Shown: positions 39,323-64,000 of the stretch, piece by piece
Layout of the letters: each line of letters starts with the position of its first letter
How positions within the stretch are numbered: position 1 is the first letter of the stretch
Assembly: GCA_964035545.1 (NCBI GenBank)
Contig: OZ037767.1
Span: forward strand, 14,307,801 to 14,371,800
Direction of reading: 5' to 3'
Length of the DNA stretch: 64,000 nt
Source of the DNA: Bugula neritina
Lineage: Eukaryota; Animalia; Bryozoa
Notes under the pieces: generated by a model
What the model was told of the DNA's origin: nothing
Databases searched by the model: none
What the model saw: the letters and a program-made list of their open reading frames with translations, nothing else
Position numbers and translations under genes: made by a program

Positions 39323-42300
39323 ATGGGGGCGGCGTGCAGCTCCAAACCCACCATCAAAGAACCTAAGCCATCTAAGAAGAAAACTCCAACTGTTCCGTAC
39401 ATAGTGGTCAGCAGTGTCTCTCTAAGTAGTAAGTGACATCACATCACACTTTAGTGACATCACAGCGGATTAAGATAATGTCATATTTTGCTTTATCATT
39501 TTACGTATTATTGAACTGCCATTGTGTGTCCATATGTGGCAATACACCATCTGAAAGCAAAATATATCTACTCATAACTTTTTATTATAAACTTTGAGCT
39601 TTAAGTTATCAATAATTGATAATCATTTTTTTACTTGCTTAACGCAAGAAGAAAATTTCAAAATAATATTGCAGACAAAAATTTCAAATAATTATTTAAA
39701 TAATTATATTGGATTATGTATTTAATTATACTATGTTGCATTAGTATTATATACTACACTAGCTATACTTTAATATAACTTATTGCACAGTATTATAATT
39801 TATTATATTATATTACTATGACATAGTATATATTAATGCTACATTGTACTGTAATATATGTAATATATATGTTGTGCATTACTATACAGTTTATAATTTG
39901 CATTGCTATTATATATATTATATTGTATATTACCCTATATTTCAATGGGCTTTATCATATTGTATATTGCATTATATAAATTGGATATTATTATATTACA
40001 TCTTATACAGTTTAAACTTCTGATTTATATTATTGTGTCAACAAGTGACGGTACTAACAAATGAAACTTTAAGATATCTACTATCAAATTAATTCGTAGA
40101 ATCTAATAGTTCAACAAAATGCTTTCACAGTTGAAACTTGTAAAATAATTGCCCCCGCTGGGAATCGAACCCGAGATCTCCGGCTTGCAAGCAAGTGTGC
40201 TAACCATTACACCACGGGGACCACTGGATTAACTCCTCACTACAAAACTCTATTGACTGTACAAGTTTTACTGTTGCAGGGAAGATCGCTGACGAACACA
40301 TGTGTCTGTCTGTGACCAACACTCCTTCTACAACTTCCTGTCAACCACATTCCGCCTCTCACCACAGAACCTCTAAGTCAGCGCGCAAACGCAGAGGCAG
40401 CACCGTGACACCAGAACCTCACACCACAGACACCATTCTTCTACAAGTAAAACTGTAGTGACTTCTACATTATATTAAAATATACTGTATAGTATATTAT
40501 TAGCTTATGTTATTTTATTATCAACTTATATCATAGTATTAACAACTTATGCTACCTTATAGTTATGACATAACTTACTTTGTTGCGATATAAATAAAGT
40601 TGTGATGAAAATATTGCTCGTTTATTTCTCATATTAATATATATTTTTCTCAGATATAACATACTTTATAATTTCACATGAATTATTTTTTCTCCTCATA
40701 GGATGAGCAACACAACAGCAAGTTACAGGTGGAGATAAGAAACAAAGGAGACGTTCCTTATCTGAGCCTTAGCAGTAGTAATCTTAGATCGGAACATCCA
40801 GGCACTTCCCCAACTATACCCAGCAGGTAGAACTCAGTCTAAATATTGCCTTTATATAGTTTAAGAATCTTTGAGCTTGATTCACAGTTGAGTAACGTAG
40901 CCGTAGCTGGTTTGTTAGGGAATGGCTTAAAGCAGCACCAAGTTGAAGGTGACTGATTTCGGTAGTTCTCGAGTTTGGAGCTTTGAGTTTGAGGTTCAAC
41001 AACATTGTTTAAATGCAAATATTGTTATCAGTCACCAGTGCTGCTTTTAGCGACTCCGGTTTTGTGACTATGCACTATAGCTTTGTGCAAGGTGAAGGTA
41101 AAAATTGTACTTAGAAACATTCAGATATTTTAGAATGCTCACACCTGAATGAATTTACAACAAATTACTAGAAGCAGGTTGTCATCATTTCTCTGTAAGA
41201 TAAGCTATGATTTGCTAATAATAGAAGATTCAAGATAGTGTCTATAATTGGCTGAGGGTAGCATCTAATTGGCTGATAGTATAGGAAGTAGTATTTGATT
41301 GGCTAATAGATGATAGTATTTGATTGAATGACATATAAATACAACTATTATGTTTAAAATACTAATCTTGATGAAAGTAAATAGCGAAATAGTGAAAAGT
41401 CTCATATTATCTAAGAGTGTATGGAGAAAGGTTATTCTGCAGTGTTTTATGTCAGCTTTCCAGGGTAAAACTGTGGAAAGAGAATACGCCGTTAGCTGAT
41501 TTTAAATATATATTATATATATATATTTATATATTGATTATTAGTGTCAGTGAAATGAAGCAATCAGCTTGCATAGGTATAACATGCTGATGATTCCTAT
41601 TTATCTCAGGTTTTCAACTTGAACAAAACTCCACTCTGACATGAAGTACTGTAATATATATCTATGAATTATATACACTCTATAAAACTATCAGTAGGAT
41701 GTATTGAAATTTACGGAGCCGTTGACCTATGCATGTCTATTCAGTTTAGTGATTAACAACAATGGCAGCCATTCTCTGTCAGCACTATCAGGCTAACGGT
41801 TGAATAGAAAGTAGTACTTGTCTTTCAAGTGTAGAATTGATTTCTGCGATGGATCAAAATTTTTAGTAATTAATCATGGCTTACGTTGCCTTAGGAAGCA
41901 ATCACAAGCGTATCTCACTACATATATATGTACGTTATTATAACTCTCAGTCTATTCGGGTGTCCATGCACTCCCCCCCCATTCCAGAACTCATGGGACA
42001 TTCCCTATACGGTACCATTGCTTCAGATTATGGAAAGTGATTTTTTATTCAGTGTTTGGGAAACATAAGCTCATACAAACCACAACCAAAATCCACCCAT
42101 ACAGCACCACTTCAAAGAAGTAATGGAAACAGTGAATGCAAGTAATGGAAAATTATTGGAACTGCAGTGTATAAAAGAAACATGTAAAATTCTGCATATA
42201 TTTTGAATTCCTACAACTTTAACCTTGTTAGTCGAATCTTGTTTACAAAGGAAGTAGTTTCATGTTTATAACAAACAATACATGCAAAGCAGTCTAATTG

Positions 42301-45300
42301 AGTTATAACATAACTCAAAGCTATAACAATTATACTTGGCGGAGAATTAGTAAAACATCAGGCAGTTTTACTGTCATGCATGTGTGATATAGTTTTACAG
42401 TTAGACAAATCACAGCCTGATATAGACCTTGTCTAGAGTAAACCAATGTACTGCAACTATAATTCAGGATCAATGTATTTGTTACTATTAATACTTCACC
42501 TAGGCCCTGTTTTCTTTACAGAAAATAAAAACAATAATTATCTCAAGTTAATCAATATGTTACCACCATTAGAATAATTGCCATTGTCTACTCTTTTACT
42601 TGGAAGATAATTAACTAGGTACCACTCGTAAGCTTGTATTAACAGCAGATTTTGAGTAGTGTAAAAGTTTCTTATCCTATTTCTTTACTCAATCATTCTG
42701 GAGATGCTTTGTAATAATATTATAATATACTATATAGAAATTATCCTCCCTTTGTCAGTCAACTCATCAAACATTATTATTGTTTCATTATAGTTAAGTT
42801 GCCAAATTAGTGGTATGAAGGTGTTTTGTAACAGCTAGGTTAGGCCATGAATGACAATTGGTATTTTCTTTAGATAATTTACAGCAAGCTAGACTGAGTG
42901 TTTACAATAAAAAGTCTTATTGCATGGAGTAAGTTTGTAAATTTATAGTTTAAATACTTAAAACAGGCTGTTGAGCTTCAACGTCCAGCTTGCAAAAGTT
43001 ACACTTTTTACTTGTTTGTTCAAAAAAACAAACCTTCATTGATATTTCATGTTATGCAATTAAAAAGCTATATTATATTGAAAAATATCATATATTTATA
43101 TTTTAAAACAACTGATCTTTTACATACATCTATATGCTCTCCAGCAGTTTGCTGTAAAGGGGAAAGTTTTATAAAATTATGATTTTGAAAAACAGTCTAG
43201 CAGTTGCAGTTTTGGAAATTTGAATAAATTCATATCTTATCATATTTTCAGAGTCACCTCAGTGGTCAGTCTAGCTGAGAGCAAAGATGACGTGTCCTTG
43301 ACTTCAGAGCTTCTCCGTCCCGAGAGTCACATGCAGCCAATCAGAGAAGCCTCTAATCTAACACTCCCTCCATCTCGCCTGTCTCTCAGAACTGAGGCTA
43401 TAGTTGAACCGGCGCTGTCAGTAAAGCGTAGTGACAGCACTAAAATAAATAGACTAAATTCTAAAGATTCAAAGAACATGAATGGGGAGGATGGTGACAC
43501 CTCGTGGTGGGACGATGAATTTACAAGACAACAGCTAAACAAGGCAAAGTCTATAAGTGCAATTGATATGCTGCAACAGTTCAAGGAGAGCGGTGACCTT
43601 GATAAGGACCTCTCACAAGACAATGACATCTGGCATTGGCTTGAAAATAAGAAGGATAGCGGCAGATCCTCGCCTGCTGAAGGGACGGGACGAGAGACGC
43701 CCTTAGAAGAAAAAATTACAGTAAGAAATAACCTATGTTTCTTGAATGCAGTTTTACAATGTATTAATAAATAATTAAAGATGACATCTTTTATAACCGA
43801 GGTGATCAAACTGCTACAGAACCTAGGCTAACAAAATATCAGAGTATAAAAATATTTTGTCACTTGATTTACTTCAAAACACTTGGAAACAAAGAGATAT
43901 GAAAGCTGCTTTCATTTATTTCGTCTTCCTTAACCTCATCTCACTTGGCATGTACTTTTAGCTATCCATAAGCGAATACATTTATGTATTGAAGCTATAA
44001 TAATATATTACCTATAGGCTAAATTGGAGTTACTTTCTCTCTATGCACCCATAAAAGGACCAACAATGCAGTCTAGAGTGTCCTCAATAGCCAATGAAAT
44101 TGTTGTAATTTACGAAAAACTGACCAATCAAAGGCTGAGAGTAGTAAGTTTGGGCACCAAGGAATGCATTATAATTTATTCCCACCATATAATATTTTCC
44201 AGCACTATAATTTGTATAAGTTCCCATAATGCTGCATTTCCTATTATTTTTAGTGATTCCTTCGCGTTTTAAATTATAAGTTGGAGTTGCCCACCTTCAT
44301 GACACTTGATGAGGTAAGAGAAGCAAACACCTACCTTCAGTATTGATAGAATTACAGATTAGCAATTGCATGATAATTACCCAAACATATTGAGAGAACA
44401 CAATTCTAATCTTGATCAAATTAGTTTCCCCTTAACCTAGGGCCACATTGTGCGTATTTTCGCATGCGAAAATTGAAATCACAGGTAGCAAAGGTGTCCA
44501 CTGTAGCTTCAGCAATGTGAGATAAATAAAGCTTTCATTTTTAAATTGCACTCGCTTTTAATAAAACGCAATTTACTGGAATATAGCACTAAAATATAAG
44601 AATTGGGCTCGCTAAATAACTACCAGCCAATTAGGTGACGACGACAGAGACGATTTGCACTTGCATTCAGAATGCTGAGCGACAAGTGCGAATGTTTTCT
44701 CAACGCATACAGTGGACACCTTCGCTACTTGTGGTTTAAATGTTCGCATGCGAAAATACGCACAGTGTGGTCCTAGGCTTACCCTTAGCCAAACGAAAAA
44801 TTATACTAAGACACAAGGAATCAAATTATATAACATATAAAGCTATTGGTCAATTTAATTTTTTGATTTAGCAATTTGATTTAATACATGATAGAAATAG
44901 ACATATCCTTATTGGACAGATATACATGTAACTAATTATCACCCAAGTCTATTGATTGCATAGTGCAGCAGTAAATATATTGATAAATTCTGTTTGTTAA
45001 ACAAAATTATTTGCTTCCTAGAAAATGAAAATGGTTTGAATGGGTACTTAATTACTGTTCGGTTGGGTTTTAACAGTTTACTTAATCTAAAGCACATGCA
45101 TGCACATTTTTGCTGTTATTTGCACCTTATATTTTGATTCATTACTATATTGATAAGATTTAAAATAACCAAAATTTGTTCATAACTTTATAACACCACA
45201 CTTCCGGGATGGGAAACATGCTATAATATACCATGTGGCACAGTATTAATTACTGTACCCCTACTGAGCTACTATATAAGTAACGTTGATGGTTGAACCC

Positions 45301-45467
45301 TTTGTATATCTGGGATAAAAGTCCTTTTATTAGTTATCTGTAGCCTACTTCAAATAGGATGGATATTTTCTATGTTTTAGGAGTTGTCGGAAAAAGAAAT
45401 TATTTCTAATATTGATGCAATAAGAAAGTATACAGACATACAGCATTACATATACCTTGTAAGATAA
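39323..45467 (+). CDS. Uncharacterised Ser/Thr/Pro-rich protein with N-terminal MGAACS acylation motif, about 328 aa
   Basis: Phase-consistent exons 39323-39428 (MGAACSSKPTIKEPK...), 40280-40446, 40702-40826, 43252-43720 (matches the 43220 ORF), probable 44281-44313 (LELPTFMTLDE) and 45381-45467 (ELSEKEIISNIDAIRKY...). All are bounded by AG/GT and GC-richer than their flanks. The last two exons are less certain. Confidence 0.7.
40150..40221 (-). mobile_element. tRNA-derived repeat or tRNA pseudogene (best-preserved copy)
   Basis: GTCCCCGTGGTGTAATGGTTAGCACACTTGCTTGCAAGCCGGAGATCTCGGGTTCGATTCCCAGCGGGGGCA. Acceptor and D stems pair and A/B boxes are intact. The 5' half resembles tRNA-Gln, but the anticodon stem does not pair canonically. 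Confidence 0.65.
44435..44778. mobile_element. PIF/Harbinger-type MITE (copy 3, 344 bp, opposite orientation)
   Basis: TTA-ACCTAGGGCCACATTGTGCGTATTTTCGCATGCGAAAAT...ATACGCACAGTGTGGTCCTAGGC-TTA; the interior is the reverse complement of copies 1 and 2. Confidence 0.87.
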
Positions 45468-46598
45468 TTCATATATATGCATAATATTGTTCAACTATTA
45501 CATGTTACTCAATGTTTAGTTGTGGTAGTTACAGGGAGGAGCTGAGTCCATATTATAGCAATTAAAAACCAATTAATAAGTTAAAACAAGTGCATGTATA
45601 ATTGGTTAGTAATTAAATTTGCTTTGAATTTATTATCATTTTGTGTAAACCGGTATCATTTATAAATATTATATGCTTTAAGTTACTAAGTGACATCTCT
45701 GAGACATTTTATAAAAATAGAAATTGACCCAAAGCCTCCATGCAATAGAATATAATCTACCTCTACCATATACCAAGTTGTGCAAATTTTAATGTTCTGA
45801 AGTCATATTTTTAAATATTATAGCTATATTTGTATCAGTTATATTATCATTGTGAACGTTGAGTTTGTTCTTGTATTAAAGTGTATGCAGTAGTAGTAGT
45901 GCTGTTTATGTAAATATTGTATTAGGTTGAAATCTTAAATGATGTTTAAACCTATACAACTTCATACCGCCATTTCTTGTAAATGATTTATGTATGTCAA
46001 CATATGTTACCTGAATTTGCTCAACGCATTTTTCTCGTTCCGTTCTTTGACTGAGTCAAAATTTTTTAAATAAGATGTGAATACATTATTTATTATATTT
46101 ATAGTAAAAATAATAAAATGTATATAATTATTATGTTTTATTATTTAAAATATAATATATTACAGTATTTGTGAAACACAGTAAACATGCTGAATACATT
46201 CACTTCACTACATTTTCATTAAAACTTATTCACCATATAGCAATAACACACCGACTTGAATATTATAAATAACAACCAATACTATTTATGTACAAAAACT
46301 GAAAAAGTTAGGAGTTATCCTGTGCTGCAGTTTCAAGAGGCTAATTGCAAATTAGAGGATGATGAGTAAATATGAGTTCCGATTCTAACACAATACTTTG
46401 CAACAAAAAGGAACATAAATTAAATACACAAAAAACAATACAACTGGTTGATTTACAAAATAGAAACAATAGCTTTAGTCCTAATATAGCCTTAACACAG
46501 CTACATTCAGTAAATAAAAGTAAAAATATAAGAACTATTTAACAATAATAATTAAGTGTAAAAAATTAGAATACAAAGTATTTTTAGAGTTGTCTTTT

Positions 46599-63748
<17,150 letters not shown>

Positions 63749-64000
63749 TTTGCTGACTGTGCCTTCACCCTGATTGATCCTCTACAAACATTTGAATCCT
63801 CACTGAATATGGCTTACATAGCAACAACACTTTATCTTAACAACATAGTTATTATTAACTTAAACTGTAACCCATAATTTGCAAACACCAACACTAACAG
63901 CTTCTTTCCTGGATTAACAGCTACCTATTGGTGTCTGCCTTTTCAGCAAATATGAATTCAAATGATTGCAAAATATAATTATTGATTTTAGTCCTAGAGA

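Noticed and set aside
40150-40221. Functional tRNA gene
   Set aside because: The anticodon stem does not pair in the canonical register and several diverged copies are scattered through the window.
43327-43809. 160-aa minus-strand ORF
   Set aside because: Antisense shadow of the plus-strand exon 43252-43720; the same applies to 33680-33871, 34115-34297, 47622-47807 and 63230-63418.

Overview
AT-rich, intron-containing eukaryotic DNA, most likely an invertebrate animal (lophotrochozoan-like; this is inference and the species cannot be fixed from sequence alone). From left to right: (1) a minus-strand cluster of AID/APOBEC-like Zn-dependent deaminase genes. One gene has at least two tandem deaminase domains and runs off the left edge (1039 to <1); the other is a single-domain paralog (4794-4113). 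Both complete domains carry HAE...PC-x6-C. (2) About 14 kb of unstable non-coding DNA: PIF/Harbinger-type MITEs, a 3.6 kb nested foldback element, a 28-bp minisatellite and a patchwork of local segmental duplications. (3) A CALML4-like calmodulin-family gene (-) head-to-head with TIMM9 (+). (4) A rhodopsin-class peptide-receptor-like GPCR (+) with a single coding exon. (5) A six-exon, unrecognised, probably disordered and N-acylated protein (+). (6) A complete ten-exon TRIM9/TRIM67 gene (-). Exon structures were built by hand from GT/AG sites with phase checks. The most interesting signal is the deaminase cluster, whose double-domain member appears to have arisen by tandem duplication of an intron plus exon.
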